A stretch of 64,000 nt of DNA. Origin: Lama glama (lineage: Eukaryota). The DNA lies in the NCBI GenBank assembly GCA_028534125.1, contig CM052816.1:74712001-74776000 (forward strand), in the 5' to 3' direction. Below the pieces are notes generated by a model. The model was not told the DNA's origin. It ran no database searches and saw nothing but the letters and a program-made list of their open reading frames with translations. This document shows, piece after piece, positions 38,891-53,222 of this stretch (the first letter of the stretch is position 1; every line of letters begins with the position of its first letter). Made by a program: the position numbers and the translations under genes.

Positions 38891-40914
38891 GTTTTTAAAT
38901 GTATGATTGGATGGATAGGCGGCTGAAATGACAGGGCAAATGTGCATTTGATTTAATAAGTGCAAGGAAATGTTGACCCTATAATGAATTAGTGCACAGA
39001 TAGGACCAAAGAAAGCAACATAACCAATCCAAATCTTTAAAATAGGGTAAATGACAGAAACCAATTTTTGACACTTCTCCAAGGATCACAGTTTTCACAT
39101 GGTGTGTGGCTCACTCTGCACTGTGTTAGACCGGAGCAGTTTCAACATGGGGCATTTTGATCAATCCAAAGTAAAAGCATTTGTCACCTCAGTCACTGTT
39201 CTGTCTGGGGGTCATCACAAAGAAATGACACATTTTGTGAAGGTGATATTTCTTGGATACATGTCATATGAAAAGGAGATTCTTTTAAACTGTACAAGAT
39301 GCACACACTGTGCTGTTAACCACGGTCAACTGTCATAAGCTAGTGTCCTTACTGCTTTTCTGCATTTGGCCAGAATCTTGGGAGCAAGATGGTTGGATAA
39401 CTAACCTGTATTTTCACATCACCACAATTTTTAAGTGTCCCCAAATGTTCCACAGATGTTCAGACTTAACAGGGAATGTGTAGCACTGAGAAGTTAAGGG
39501 CTCGAGGAGTCCTGATCCTAAGCTAAGTTTTTGTTAATCAGAACAAGAATGCAGAATATGTTTCCCACTTTTCTGTTTGTATATATAATGCATTGGACAA
39601 AAATTTATTGCCCAAAGTTCCAGTAGGGTATGGAAGACAGGTCGAGCCTATGGGGAGGGTTGGCTGTCAGGGGTTGCATTTTTGGAAGACTGCAGAGCAG
39701 AAAAGATTTAGCCCCCAAAATGAAGGAAAGGATCAGAGTGAGAACACCTGGGGTGGGTGTGAAGCCAAAAGAGGCCTGAATGCAGAAAAAAAATATATTG
39801 AACAGGATGTTTATTAAAAGATTTCTCCATGGTGTTTAACATAAAACTACTTTCCCAAATGTTATCCCAAATCTTTAGTGAAGTATATACTGCTTAACAT
39901 TGCCTTTGAAAGGAGCCAACTTTTAGGAATGAATGTGGGGAAGTGCTGAATCCAGCTTCCAGGGTAGGTGTGGGCAAGAGCAGATGCTCTCCTGAGGCCA
40001 GCATCTGTGGTTACACAGCTCCAAAATTAAATGCGATACTTTGCCTTACCTGGGAAAATTCTTGCCACAATTTTCTGAAACTCATTCATGAACAACAACA
40101 ACAAAATATGAAGATTTTTTCTCCAGAGTTTAATCTAAAAAACAAGTATGTATATACTATATGTATATGGTATGCAGGATATATTTTCCATATATGGTAT
40201 GCAGGATTTAAACTGGTGATAAATTCTTAGTTTATACTTTCTTAAGATAAGTTTTTATTGAAAAATTATTTAGAGGCTGCTGTTCATTAAAGCAGGCTGG
40301 ACAGTATCCATATAAGCTCCGTCTTGCTGTCCTGCAAATTGTTTTTGGAAACATTAGATTCCAAAGAAACATCTATCTGACTTGCAACCTTTGGCCAGCT
40401 GACTATCTTTTCCTGTCTCATCCTTTTACAACCAGCCCCGCTGACAGCTGCTTCCTTAGGTTCTCCTAAAGGAATGTATGCTCCGGAGAATAAGAGAAAA
40501 ATAAAGGGAAGAGAAAAGGAAAGCAGAATACCTGTCTTGTATCGGCTCCCATGATGAGATGGGAATTGGAGGGTTTTATTTTATCCAAACCCCCTGAAAA
40601 CTTCTGGTAGCCATCATTTACCCTTCCCTGATGAGTCTGATTTTTCCTGTTCATTTTTTTAAAATAAACTTTAAATTGACATATAATACTTTATGAACTA
40701 CACATACTGTTAAGTCTAAAGTTCCATACATTTTCACAATAACACTCATGTATTCATCACTAAGACCAAGAAACAGAAAACCAGCAGCACCCCAGAAGTC
40801 CCCTTCACATCTTCTCCTAGTCATGACAAACTTCCTTCCTCAACAGAAGTTAACCTCACTTCCAATTTCACAGGTCAGGTTTTTCTTTCTTCATACTGTG
40901 TATATAAATGAAAG

Positions 40915-41300
40915 CATATTAGTCTGCTTGGGCTGCCGTAATGAAGTATTACAGAGGGGCTGGCTTACAGAAATTTATTTTCTCATAGTTCTGAGGCTGA
41001 AAGTCCAAGATTAAGGTGTTGGCAGGGTTGGTTTGTGGTAAGAACTCTTCTGAGCTTGTTAATGTCTGCCTTTTCACTGTGTCCTCGCATGGCCTTTCCT
41101 CCGTGTGTACGCACTCCTAGTATCTCTTCCTCTTCTTGTAAAGACACCGTCCTGTTAGATTAGGGCCTCACCCTTATCATCTCATTTGATTTTAATTACC
41201 TCCCTAAAGGCCCTATCTTCAAATACAGTCACATTTGGAGTTTAGACTTCAACATATGAATTTGGAGAGGGCCGTGATGTGCACGGTTTAGTGCAAAACA
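40915..41300 (-). mobile_element. MLT1A-like MaLR solo LTR
   Basis: ttagtctgcttgggctgcc...cagaaatttatttctcatagttctgaggctgaaagtccaagattaaggtg...cttcaacatatgaatttgg. Confidence 0.88.
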
Positions 41301-41767
41301 TACAGTACGTACAATTGCATGCGTAAGTTTTGCTCATCATTATACTTAAGGGAATTACTCATACTGCTTTTGTGCAGCTTTCATTCAATTGTTTTCTATG
41401 CTGTAGTATTCCATTGTATGGATAACATATATTACTCATTCCATTGTTGATGAACCTTTTAGTTGATTCCAGTTTGGGGTTATTTCACATGAGGTAACTC
41501 TGATCAAGCATGTTCTTAGTGAAATATTCGTACACACTTCTAGTTGGTATTCCTCCCAGTAGTGGAGAAGTGATATGTGTATATTCAGTTTTAGCAGACA
41601 TTGCCAAAGAGTTTTCTGAATTTCTTGAACCAGTTTACACTCCCATCAGCAGCACGTGAGAGTTCTATTTGTTCCATATCCTCACCAACATAGTTACTGT
41701 TGGCCTTTTACATCTTAGCCACTTTGTTGGCTGTTTGGTGGTATTACATTGTAGTTTCAATTTACAT

Positions 41768-43725
41768 TGAAGAAAATGAAGACAAAAAGCTATCTGAGTG
41801 AACAGAAGAATGATAAGACAGCAAAACAGCCTTATTGCTGAGATGGAGAAAGTTTTAGTGGTCTGGATAGAAAACCAAAACAGCCACAACATCCCTTAAG
41901 CCAAAGCTTAATTCAGAGCAAGGCCCTAACTCTTTTCAATTCTGTGTAGGCTGAGTGAGGAGAGGAAGCTGCAAAAAAGAGTTTGAAGCTAACAGAGGTT
42001 GGTTCTGAGGTTGAAGGAAAGAAGCCATCTCCATAGCATAAAAGTACAAGGTGAAGCAGCAAATACTGATGTAGAAGCTGCAGCAAGTTATCCAGAAAAT
42101 CTAGCTAAGATCATTCATGAAGGTGGCTACACACAACAACTGATTTTCAGTGTAGATTAGAAGAAGATGTCATCTAGGACTTTCATAGCTAGAGAGAAGT
42201 CAATGCTTGTCTTCAAAGCTTCAAAAGACAGGGTAACTCTTATTATGGGCTAATGCTGCCAGAGACTTTAAGTTGAAGTCAATGTTCAATTACCATGCCA
42301 AAAATCCTACATCCCTTAAGAATTATGCTATTGCTTCTCATTGACAATGCACCTGGTCATCCTAGAGCACTGATGGAGATACACAATGAGATGCATGTTG
42401 TTTTCATGCTGCTAACACATCTATTCTACAGCCCATAGGTCAAGAAATAATTTTGGCTTTCAGATTTTATTATTTAAGAAATACATTTCATAAGACTTTA
42501 GCAGCCATAGATAGTGATTCTTCTGATGGATCTGGGCAAAGTAAATTGCAAACTTTCTAGAAAGGAATCATCATTCTAGAAGCCATTTAAAAACATTTGT
42601 GATTCATTGGAAGAGGTCAAAATATCAACATTAACAGAACTTTGGAGGAAGTTGATTTCAACCCTCATGGATGGCTTTGAGGGGTTCAAGACTTCAGTAG
42701 GGGAAGTAACTGCAGATGTGGTAGAAATAGCAAGAGAACTAGAATTAGAAGTGGAGACTGAAGATGTAACTTAATTGTTGCAATCTCATGATAAAATTTT
42801 AACAGATGAGAAGTTGCTTCTTATGGAGAAGCAAAGAAAGTGGTTTCTTAAGATAGAATCTACTCCTGGTGAAGATGCTGTAAAGATTGTTCAAATAAAA
42901 ATACAGGATTTAGAATATTACATAAACTTAGTTGATAAAGCAGAGCAGAGTTTGAGAGGATTGACTCCAATTTTGAAAAAAGTTCTTCTGTGGATAAAAT
43001 GTTATCAAAGCATTGCATGCTACAGAGAAATCTTTTGTGATGCGAGGAGTCAACTGATGCAGCAAACTTCATTGTTGTCTTATGTTAAGAAACTGCCACA
43101 GCCACACCAATCTTCAGCAACCATCACCTGATCAGTCAGCAGCCATCAACACCAAGGCAAGATCCTCCACCAACAAAAAGATTATGACTTACTGAAGGCT
43201 CAGATGATGGTTAGTATTTTTTTAGCAATAAGGCATTTAAAAAATTTTTTTATCTTAAAATATAGTTGATTTACAAAGTTGTGTTAGTTTTAGGTATACA
43301 GCAAAGTGATTCAGATATATATATGTATATTTATCTATTCCTTTTCATTGTATGTTATTACTAGATATTGAATAGAGTTCCCTGGGCCATACAGTGGGTC
43401 CTTTTTGTTCATTTTATATATAATAGTGTGTATCTACTTATCCCAAATTCCTAATTTATCCCTCCCCTACTTTTCCCTTTGGTAACCGTAAGCTTGGTCT
43501 CTGTCTGTGAGTCTATTTTTGTTTCGCAAATAAGTTCATTTGTATCATTTTTTAGCAATATTTTTTTTAAGCAAATATGTACATTTTTTAGACATAACAC
43601 TATTACCTACTTATAACTTTTGTATATACTTGGAAACCAAAAATTCATGTGTCTTTATTTATTGTAATATTTGCTTTATTGCAGTGGTCTGGAACTAAAC
43701 CTACACTATCTCTGAGGTATGCCTG
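41768..43725 (+). mobile_element. Tigger1 DNA transposon, 5'-truncated with internal deletion, degraded transposase
   Basis: cagccttattgctgagatggagaaagttttagtggtctggatagaa. ORF 42775-43131 (LQSHDKILTDEKLLLMEKQRKWFL) resembles the Tigger1 C-terminal region. Right TIR tatctctgaggtatgcctg followed by TA. Confidence 0.93.
43240..43553 (-). mobile_element. Young L1 3' end inserted in Tigger1
   Basis: atatagttgatttacaaagttgtgttagttt...ccctttggtaaccgtaag...taagttcatttgtatcattttttag. tttttagcaata occurs on both sides. Confidence 0.88.
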
Positions 43726-44716
43726 TAAAAATCGCCTTCAATAATCACATGTGTATGAAGCATATGTTCATATCAATGCATATTAATGCTTATGATGTGC
43801 ATTTTCACACATTTTCATATATTTGTCTTACTGAGACATTTCATGACCTTTTAAAAAACACTTCCCATTGCTTAGTACATTATGTTGAACTGAGTCTTTG
43901 TGCGTGAATTTGACTGTCCAATTCCTCTTACAACAGTGAATCCACCTGGCTTATATTTACTGTTTGAAGAAAGTTCATCTTCTGTGGCTAAAACATATCG
44001 AATGAGAGCTGGATTCTATCTCCTGAAATGCTTCTTAGCTACTTTTAATACTGTGAAGAGATGGAATACTACAAAAGAGAAACCTCATTTATAGGATCTA
44101 GTGGCAAATAATTCCAGAATTTATTATTCCAGTTTTAATTTTACTCAGAACAGAATTAGATAAAACATGGTGCTCTTCAGTCTTAGGATATCAAGAAATG
44201 GAAAACATCACCAATAAACCCAATCTAATGTCTTGGTATGGAGATAGTCAGCATAACAATAAACAAGCAACCCAATAACTCTTATAAGCAGTGGAGAAAA
44301 CAAAATAAATATGCTGAACTTAGAGCTAGGTAAAGAGATTCCTCGCAGGATGTCTAAACTCCCACTCCACTTGAATATTCTCTATGATTCTATAACATTC
44401 TTTCCATGCAGGGGTTCCTAATAAAGACCAGGGCTTGTAGTGAGACTGTCTCTCCCTTCTTATCTGTGGGCTGCAATTTGATTCCTGAAAGAATTGCCTC
44501 AAATAAATTTTTAAACCAAGATCACATCTCCTGCTTTGGCTAGTCTTCTAGGCCACTGCCATTGACAAGGAAGTTTGGAATTAAAGGCAAGGTGTTTAGT
44601 TTAGCTTTGCTAAACCTACGATGGTGATAGGATATTCTGGGGTAAGTCAAAGAGACCTCTGTAACAACACAATCCAATGCTGCTATTGGCTGGAACTTTC
44701 TGCATTGATCTATAAT

Positions 44717-45354
44717 CTGCACTGTCCAATATGATAGCTACTGTGAGAAGTTGCTAAGGACTTGAAATATAGCTAGAATGAAACATTTAACTTGAAATTT
44801 TTAAAAATTTAATTTATTTAAATTTAAATAACCCCATGAGGCTAGTAGTTACCTGAATTAATTTCCTATTGTTGCTGTAACAAATTACTACAAACTTAGT
44901 GGTTTAAAACAACACAGATTTATTATCTTACAGTTGTAGAAGTCAGAAGTTTAAAATGGGTCCTATGGGGCTAAAAATCAAGGGATTGACACAGCTGTAT
45001 TTCTTCTAGGAACTCTAGGGGGTAATCTGTTCCTTTCCTTTCCCAGCTTCTGGAGCCTGACCACATTCCTTGGCTCATGGCCACATCATTCCATCCTCTG
45101 CTTCTGTTGTCCCGTTTCCTTCTTTGATTCTAACTCTCTGCCTTCCTCTTTCTCTTATAAAGACCTTTATGATTATGATAGGTCCACCTGGATAATTCAA
45201 GGTAATCTCCCCATCTCAAAGCCCTTCATCACATCTGCAAAGTTCCCTTTGGCCATCTAAGGTAATGTAGTCACAAGTTCTGGGAATTAGGACTTAGACA
45301 TCTTTAGAGAGGGACATAATTCTGTCTACTACACTACTGTATTGAATAGTATGG
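44717..45354. mobile_element. MER3-like hAT transposon split by an MLT1 LTR
   Basis: ctgcactgtccaatatgatagctact left terminus, ctactgtattgaatagtatgg right terminus. Confidence 0.7.
44854..45333 (-). mobile_element. MLT1C-like MaLR solo LTR
   Basis: gctgtaacaaattactacaaacttagtggtttaaaacaacacagatttattatcttacag...attctgtctactaca, TSD-like ttacc/ctact. Confidence 0.9.
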
Positions 45355-46155
45355 CTCTAGAGAGAAGGCAGGATGGCAGGTAGGAAAAAATCTGGAAGAA
45401 CTGAAGGCATAGAGATTCATCAAAGATTTCTAGTTACAGAGATAGAAATTAAGCTGTGAATACTGTCAGATGGTTACTAGAACTCATAGGAATCTGAGGG
45501 AAGAGATAGTGTATTTGATCTGAGAAACAACTGTAGAGATGCATTATTTTACCTCAATAAACTCTATTATAACTACTAGAAACAAGGGCCAATAATATTT
45601 GCTTAATATCAACTTATATGACAATTTTTTAATGGTAGGATATATTCCTTACCAAAAGTTCTATGCTCAGTGATGACCAGTTCAGTCAACTGTGCCAATC
45701 AGAGCAGGCCATGATGGATTGTACGTTAGCAGAAAGATGAAAGACTATAAAAGAATAGACTGGCTTTTTACAGAGATGATACTTAAGCTTCCAAAGAAGT
45801 CCTGAACTCTTCAAAATAAGTGCTTATTCCAAAGTTGTTTCTGTTGTTTCAAATATTCCTGTATTTTTTCTTTACACTTGCCTTTCAAATAAGCTTGAGA
45901 GAAATAAGATAATTTTCATTATTTCATTCCAAAGTAGCATTTCTAACTAAATTAATATCATATTTGGCTTATAAAAATTTTGGTTGTTTTCTAAAAATAA
46001 GCTCATCCTCAAAGAATGAATATTTTCCAAGCCTAAGGATAGATTTATAAAAAGATGACACATCGTTAAAGTAACTCCAAAGAAAAGTTTCACAATCATT
46101 TTAATTAATGACAATTTAATTTAATAAGTCATCTTGAATATTTTTTAATATATTT

Positions 46156-46564
46156 TGTTAAAATGAAATAAAATGGAGACCAGACTTGAAGATTGTCCTA
46201 GCAAACAAAACCAGTTAAGCCACTTAAGCAAAACTTAGTATAATTAAATTAATGAATGTAAGCAAAACTTAGGTTACTTCTTGCAAATGCTTCTGATAAT
46301 CATAAATGAATCTTCAATCATCTTCCTTAAAAGGTATAAGATAAAAAATTTTAACCAATCCCTTGCTGTCTGAAAACCCCCATTTTAATAACCAATCATT
46401 GTAAAGGTTAAACAACTTCCTCCTGTTCACCTTATAAGCCATCCTGTAATGACATGCCTTTAAGCTTCATACTAGTTTCAGGTTTGGAGTGCCCCTGTTC
46501 ACAGTCTGTTTCTCACTCAATAAAATATTCTTATCAAGTAAAACTCTCTGGATTTCTTTTGATA
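46156..46564 (+). mobile_element. Old ERV1-type solo LTR (LTR37-like)
   Basis: tgttaaaatgaaataaaatggagaccagac start, two CCAAT boxes, ttataa, AATAAA near 46519, ends tttgata. Confidence 0.6.
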
Positions 46565-47098
46565 TCTTGCATACCAAAAAACTTGAATATTCCAAGGTGA
46601 CTATTTAGAAAGGGACAATATGAGCTGAACCACAATTTCTATTGTGTAGGTTACAAGTAACCAATGCTAGTGTGATCAGATCTTGTGTCTACTTCAACAG
46701 GACAATTTAATTCTATGAACATGTACTGAATACTCTTTATGTGCTGATGATATAAAAATGCACAAGATAACAGTTGTTGTCCGACCTCAAGTTATCTTTT
46801 AGTCCAGTAAGGGACATAAATCAGTGAACAAGCAAAAAGTTGTAGGATGTTAGGTGTTTCCTCAAGTTATAAATCTCCACCAAGTACCAAATGTTAGTTT
46901 TTATTTCTTCAGCAAAATACAACCATAACTATACAACTATAACTGAGGAAGCCACCACCTAGGAAAAGGAGGGACTGCTGATGGTCACTTGGGCAATAAA
47001 CAGAGGAAAAGATTATTACCTACTAATAGTTTATCATATCTAGTTATAACAAATCTTGGGTTCTCTTCTGCCATGCTGCCACCCAAGTTAGAAAGTGA

Positions 47099-47166
47099 TA
47101 GATGGAAGAAATAAGGAAGTGTTATGGGAGTCTAGATGGAAGAAATAAGGAAGTGTCATGGGAGTC
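47099..47166. repeat. 34-bp tandem duplication (2 copies, 1 mismatch)
   Basis: tagatggaagaaataaggaagtgt(t/c)atgggagtc twice. Confidence 0.9.
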
Positions 47167-47865
47167 CAGAGGGAAGAGGGAAGACTTGATTGGGAGAAAC
47201 CAGAGAAGGTGTCACAGCTGGGCCTTGAATGGTGAGTTAGAAGCGGGGGCTGACCATAGGTGGAAACAGCAGCTTAAACAAAAGTTCTCCAATGGGCTTT
47301 TCAGACTCTAGGTTCATCATCTTCTTATGCCTACATTTTCCTTTTCCCTCTGTAAACACACTATATTCCTCCTGCACCAAACTACTTGCTGCTCCCTGAA
47401 CACACCTTATTTTCTTATAACTTCTTTTAAGTCATGCAAGTCATGCAGTGTCTTCACCTATGCATCTCCAGCCACTTCCCCTAAGTCCTTTGTTTTTCTG
47501 AAAAGTGCCTATTTATCTTTCATCAGCTGAATCATTTCTTTCTTCTGTGAATCTTCCCCTGACCAACACCCCCTCCACCCCCCTCCTCCTCCTTTCCCCC
47601 TAGACAAACCACAGATGGAGGGACTCTTTATACTTTCTCATATCACCAAGGGTAGAGATGGAAATCAGGCTGCTCTGCAAAGGTGGTTCTGTAAGACAGC
47701 AGGCTAAAAGTGCAGAGTGCTGAAATAGGCTAGGTTCAGTGAGAGCAGAGAAGAGTGAGAGACATCTGTAGTGGTAACTTTCAATGGACAGGGAGCAAAG
47801 GAGGTGAGAGAAAAGGGAAAATAAGTCTAACATGACTTAGATTTTGATTCTGGCTGACTTGGAGG

Positions 47866-47898
47866 AGATGTTAGCAAATTTGTGCTGTAAAGGTTCAG

Positions 47899-47952
<54 letters not shown>

Positions 47953-48119
47953 TTTTGTGGGCCATAGAGTGTCATAACTACTCAACTCTGCCACTGTGAC
48001 ACAAAAGCAGTCATAGACAATGTACTGATGAATTAATTTGGCTGTGTTGCAACAAAACTTTGTTTAAAGAGACAGGTGGCAAGTTGGATTTGGCCTGTGG
48101 GCTGTAGTTTGCAAACCTG
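47866..48119 (+). mobile_element. MER58A containing an (AAT)17 expansion at 47901-47951
   Basis: actactcaactctgccactgtgacacaaaagcagtcatagacaat...ggatttggcctgtgggctgtagtttgcaaacc. Confidence 0.85.
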
Positions 48120-49584
48120 CATGAAAGGATGGTGGTTTCTTTATCAGAAATAGAGGCTCCTGGAGCTAAAGCCTGTTTGCTGATGAGGGAAAACTGTCAG
48201 AGGTGGGGCTTAGCTGAATTTGGATGTGTGGGATCTGAGATGCTGACATGATTTCCATGTGAAAGTGTCTAGCAGGCAGCTTGGAATATACAGTTGGAGA
48301 AATCAGGATGGAGATGCAGATTTGGGAGTCATCTTCACAGGACTGACATAGTTTTACTTTAAATTAATAATTCATTCTGTAGGAGTATAATCTATATAAA
48401 ACATTTAAAAGATGTGAAGTTATGCTTATTACAGTTCCCAGAATTCAAAGAGTACAGCCAACTTCCACTGTAGGTCATTTAAAGGAGGCCTGCAGTTTAA
48501 AACTAGCAGATAACTAGGCAAGGGGCCCCCTCAATGTCACTGATTGGTCAGTGAGCAAAAAATAACTGACCCTAAAATATTGTCTGCTGAGTACCTTGAA
48601 AACAAACCAAATAAAGAACCAAACCTACTCTTTCTCCTGTGTCCTCTGTCTTTCTTAGTAGTAAACAGCTAGACTCATGGGAATTATCTGAGATTTCTCA
48701 TTCTTGCTTGTGAGCCTCCTTCCGTTCATCTGGTTCATTTCATATTTTTAATGTTTCACATGCTGATCTTTCTCTTCATTACTGGTGGCTTATTTTAGGC
48801 CCTCCTCAGTTTTTGCCTGAATTGCTGCAATAATCATTTTACTTTTCTTCTAATCTTTGACCTTACCCTGTACTATCAATAAAATAATATTATTACATAC
48901 TAATACTCTCTATACTAATCCTCACTCTTGTGCATTCTCTATGCTATGTTTATCATTGATTTCAGAGATACAGTTGAAAAATGTGTGCGTCCCTTCCCTA
49001 CAAGGCTCTGCTGGTCCAAAAGGTCTGGTTCCAAGAGGGAGAAGGCTTTCATGAGGGAACACAGCTAGGTGTCTCCTGGTCACTTTTGTTTCCTTGCACC
49101 AAGACCATCCATTAGTCAGGGAAGAAGCTCCATCCTCGCAGGGATAACTGACCCTGATGATCGAGAGACAGACAGTAGGGCTGTTACACAGTGTGGGCAG
49201 GAAAGAATGCATTTGGCTCCTAGATGATTCACTAAGGTGTCTCTTGCTTCTCTCCTAATTTTGATAGTAAATGGACAAGTGCAGAAATCAGATTCATTAT
49301 TGTCCAATTATAACAATAAATAGACAAAGTCAGAAACCATATTTTTTAGAAGGTCATGGGGCTGTAAAACTCAAGGATGAGAGTCAGGTCCACCACATCA
49401 GGTAAGCTCCGCAGATTAGCAGAGGTGCTAGCTGAGGGGGAGAGTAATCTAGAATTGGTAGTTGAGCAAGGAAATGATAAGCATTAGTTGCAGCTTTGAG
49501 AATACCTGTAATTGTGGAGACACTGCAGTTCATTCTGCTAACCTTCCCTATGTAAGTTTCCCCTGGAAAAGAGACCACCCAGGA

Positions 49585-49980
49585 TCCTGGAGGAACTTTT
49601 CTCAGATGGGATAAAATAAGCAGATCTGAGTGATGCAAGGGGTGGACTCTAGTGGACGACCAGCCCAGACCCCATCTCCAGGACCAAGCCACCCATGCCC
49701 CCACCTATTGGGAACTGACTGCTGCAAGCTGAGGCCCTCCTCAGGGGAGAAAGGCCTGGCCCCTTGCTTCAATTTGGGACATATCTAAAGAATCTAACCA
49801 ACCCCGAGGCTCCCTGTGGGAGTGGCTGAGGCCTGTTTTGGATGCAGCACAGTTCAGTTTCACCCAGTCCTGCCTCCCTCCATCCTTACAAGTGTTGTTC
49901 CTGAGGACACTCCACAGTAAGCCACCAACTTACAAATTTCCATCCCAGTATCTGTTTTCCTGGGGTCCCAACCTATGACA
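49585..49980 (+). mobile_element. ERVL internal 3' end + LTR16A-like LTR (LTR ~49648-49980)
   Basis: PPT-like gatgcaaggggtggac precedes the LTR, which ends cccaacctatgaca. Confidence 0.7.
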
Positions 49981-51712
49981 TCCAATATTACAACATTTTC
50001 CATGTTAATGTCTAAGGAGTTACCATTTTAAGTCTTAAGATCAAATAAGCACATTTTTTATTAATGAAAATTGTGCTTTTAATTCTTCTGAAGTTCAGGA
50101 CATACAATACTTATTATCTACTGCAGCCTCTCTGCTTCCAGGCCTGGTTGGTTCAGCCACTGACTCATGGCCTCCCAGGCACATCATTTAAGATCCTTGG
50201 TCTCATTTTAAACCAGCCAGGAAATTGGGCCCAAAGTCCAGACTGGAGACCTTTGAAAATCATGTTAAAGCCTTATTAATTCAATTTCTGTTACTTTGGT
50301 TGCATTCCATGCTCTATTTTAAGCTGTCACTTTTTAATCTTCCTGATTTTCATTGTTTATTCAAAGATGAATGATGCACTATAACCTTGATTATATCAGC
50401 TGAACCAAATATGTGAAATGAAACCCGTGTAATGTTGAAAAGGCTGCCAACCAAATAAAATTTCCTAGGGTACAAAACAAGTGAAATAAGGAAGTCCAAG
50501 TTTTGCCTCATGGTCACTTTACTGCAAACGTCAGTAATGAAGATAAATGAGGTCTGAAACTGTGTCCGTGTTGTGTATTCAATTAACACATCCTAATGTG
50601 GAGGAAGTGCACTTGTAAGGTAAATATGACCATGGGCATTTGGGTGGGTGGCGTAGCAGCAGAACTTCCCCAATGTTGGCTGTGAAATAGCTTAAAAACT
50701 CACTCAGGCCTCTAGCCTCTATGTCTAAGGTTTAAGGAGACTGACTTTACGGGCTCCCAGTCTATTAATTTTACATCATATCTAAACCTTAAAATTTCTG
50801 TTTCCTCGGTAAGATTTTTGGTTAGAGTTAAAGATCTAGAATTTTGGAACTGTCTTACATTATACTTATCAACTGCCTGGCTTGCCTTGCCTTCTCAATT
50901 GTAAACTCTCTGTGGTCAGGAACCACGGCTTATTCCTTTTTTTTAAATTTGAAGTTTCCTGCACAGGAATGTGTAGGCAGCACATTAGCAATAAGTAATG
51001 CTGAATTTAATTAGGATGGAAGAGCATTCAGAACTCAATTAGCCAAAACTTCTCATTTTTGAGATGAAGAAACAGAAGCTCTGAGCAGTAGGAAATAAAT
51101 TATTTATGGAAGGGCTAACTGGGACAAACCACATAATATACACTAATTAAAATAAGAAAATGCAAGAATTCAATATAACTTATTTCCTGTCTGTTTTTGT
51201 GCAATCACTTACATCTGATTAGAAAGTGCCTACAATTAATTAAGGAACATTGCCTATTAAAAAGGACCTCATCTTACAGGATGGCTTCTTACAGTTACAA
51301 TTTTGTCTGATAAACTTCCATTTTCTAAATCATTTTTTTAGTAGAAAGTAAAATATCTTAGATTCATTTGCATTTAAGGGAAAATTTGATGATTTCTTCC
51401 TTCTTTAGAGTAGGTATTTGCATATTGCTTACCCTCTAAACTTAAAACCCTACATATCCATAAAATTGATCATTAATCTGAATTTTGAAATTTTTTGGAA
51501 ATTAATAGTTGTAGATATTAGATGAAAATATTTGCTAATATTATAAGTTTCCACAGAAGTTTCTTAGGTGATTGTATGAAAAATTTGTTTACTTGCTTTC
51601 TTGGTTACAGCTATATTTTCGCCTCCACTAGGCACTTGCTTTGTCAAATATTAAATAAAATTCTAGAAGAATTAAGTGAATTGTAAGCTTAGAGACAGGG
51701 CCAGTTTGGAGA

Positions 51713-53222
51713 TAAGTGTACACCCTTGTAACCATCACCACATCTATGCATTAACATAGCATCAGGTCCAAAAGTTTCTTACTGAACTCTATTTATTATT
51801 ACTTTTTATGTGTGACAAGAACCTTCAACATAAGATCTATCCTCTTAGCAAAATTTTAAGAATACAATACAGTATTGTTAACTATAGGCTCTGTAACATA
51901 CAATAGATCTCTAGGATTTACTCAATTTGCATAACTGAAACTTAGTACTCTTTGACTAGTACTTCCACACATACCCCTCCCCCTCACCACTGGCAACCAC
52001 CATTCTCCTCTCTGCTACTATCAGTTTGACTATTTTATATTTAGATGTGTAGTATTCGTCCTTCTATGTCTGGCTTATTTCACTAGCATGATGTTATCCA
52101 GGTTCATCCATGTTGTCACAAATGGTAAAACATCTTTCTTTGTTGAGAGATTTTATCACAAATGAACGTTGGATTTTGTCAAATGCTTTTTCTGTATCAA
52201 TGAAAATGATCATATAATATTGTTAATGTGGTGTATTACATTTCTTGATTTGCCTTGCTTCCCAGGGATAAATCCACTTGGTCATGTGTATGATCCTTTA
52301 AATGTGCTGTTGAATTCAGTTTGCTAGTATTTTGTTGAGGATTTTTGCATGTTTATCAAGGATATTTCCCTCTAGATTTCTTTTCTTGTAGTGTCTGTGT
52401 CTGACTTTGGTATAGGGTGATGCTGGCCTTATAAAATGAGTTCCAAACTCATCTATTTTTTGGAAGAGTTTTAAAAGGATTGACATTAACTCTTCTTTAA
52501 ATGTCTGGTATAATTCACCTGTGAAGCCCTCTGGTCCATTGTTGAGAGGTTTTTTATTACTGATTCAATCTCCTTATTTGTTATTGGTTCAGGCTTTCTT
52601 TATTATATATACATTCATATGTTTTAATTTTTAGATTCCACATTTAAGTGATAATATACAATATTTGTCTTTCTCTGTGTGGCTTATTTCACTATGCATA
52701 ATACCCTTTAGGTCCATCCATGCTGTTTCAAATGGCAGAATTTCATCTTTTTATGGCTGAATAATATTCTGAAAAAAAATATATATATATACACACACAT
52801 ATACATACAGACACACACCACATCTTCTGTATCCATTCGTCTGTTGATGAACACTTAGTTGTTTCCGTATCTTGGCTATAGTAAATGCTGCTTAGAAAAT
52901 TGAGACATTGTAGTACATGTATCTTCTTGAATTAGTGTTTTCAATTTCTCCTGATATACGCCCAGGAGTGGATTATATTATAGTTCCATTTTTAGTTTTT
53001 TGATGAACCTTCATACTGTTCTCCATAGTGGCTGCACCAATTTACATTTGCACCAGCAGTGTACTAGGGTACCTTTTTCTCCACATCCTCAACAACATTT
53101 GTTATTTGTAGACTTTTTGATGACAGTCATTTTGACAGTGTGAGGTGATAGCTCATTGTGGTTTTGGTTTGCATTTCTCTGATGATTAGTGATGTTGAGC
53201 ATCTTTTCATGTGCTAGCTGGT
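51713..53222 (-). mobile_element. Adjacent L1 fragments (older L1MA-like 3'UTR and ORF2 piece, then a second L1 3' region)
   Basis: gatctatcctcttagcaaaatttt, gttggattttgtcaaatgctttttctg, ccatagtggctgcaccaatttaca. ORF 53089-53382(-) ends in frameshifted L1 ORF2-like sequence. Confidence 0.85.

Larger units (their letters stand above)
40655..43890 (-). mobile_element. Ancient L1 (L1MC/ME-like) hosting nested MLT1A and Tigger1 insertions
   Basis: L1 antisense motifs at 40655-40914, 41301-41767 (gtagtattccattgtatggata, ccagtttacactcccatcagca) and 43728-43890. Confidence 0.7.
46700..48345. mobile_element. Patchwork of degraded L2 fragments
   Basis: L2-like motifs such as gggccttgaatggtgagt, ccctgaacacacc, ggatggagatgcagatttgggagtcatc. 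Confidence 0.55.

Noticed and set aside
40164..40207. 17-bp direct repeat with spacer (similar 20-bp case near 55896-55947)
   Set aside because: Two copies only, typical slippage duplications, not an array.
42775..43131. 118-aa ORF as a domesticated transposase gene
   Set aside because: It is a fragment of a truncated Tigger1 with stops and frameshifts upstream.
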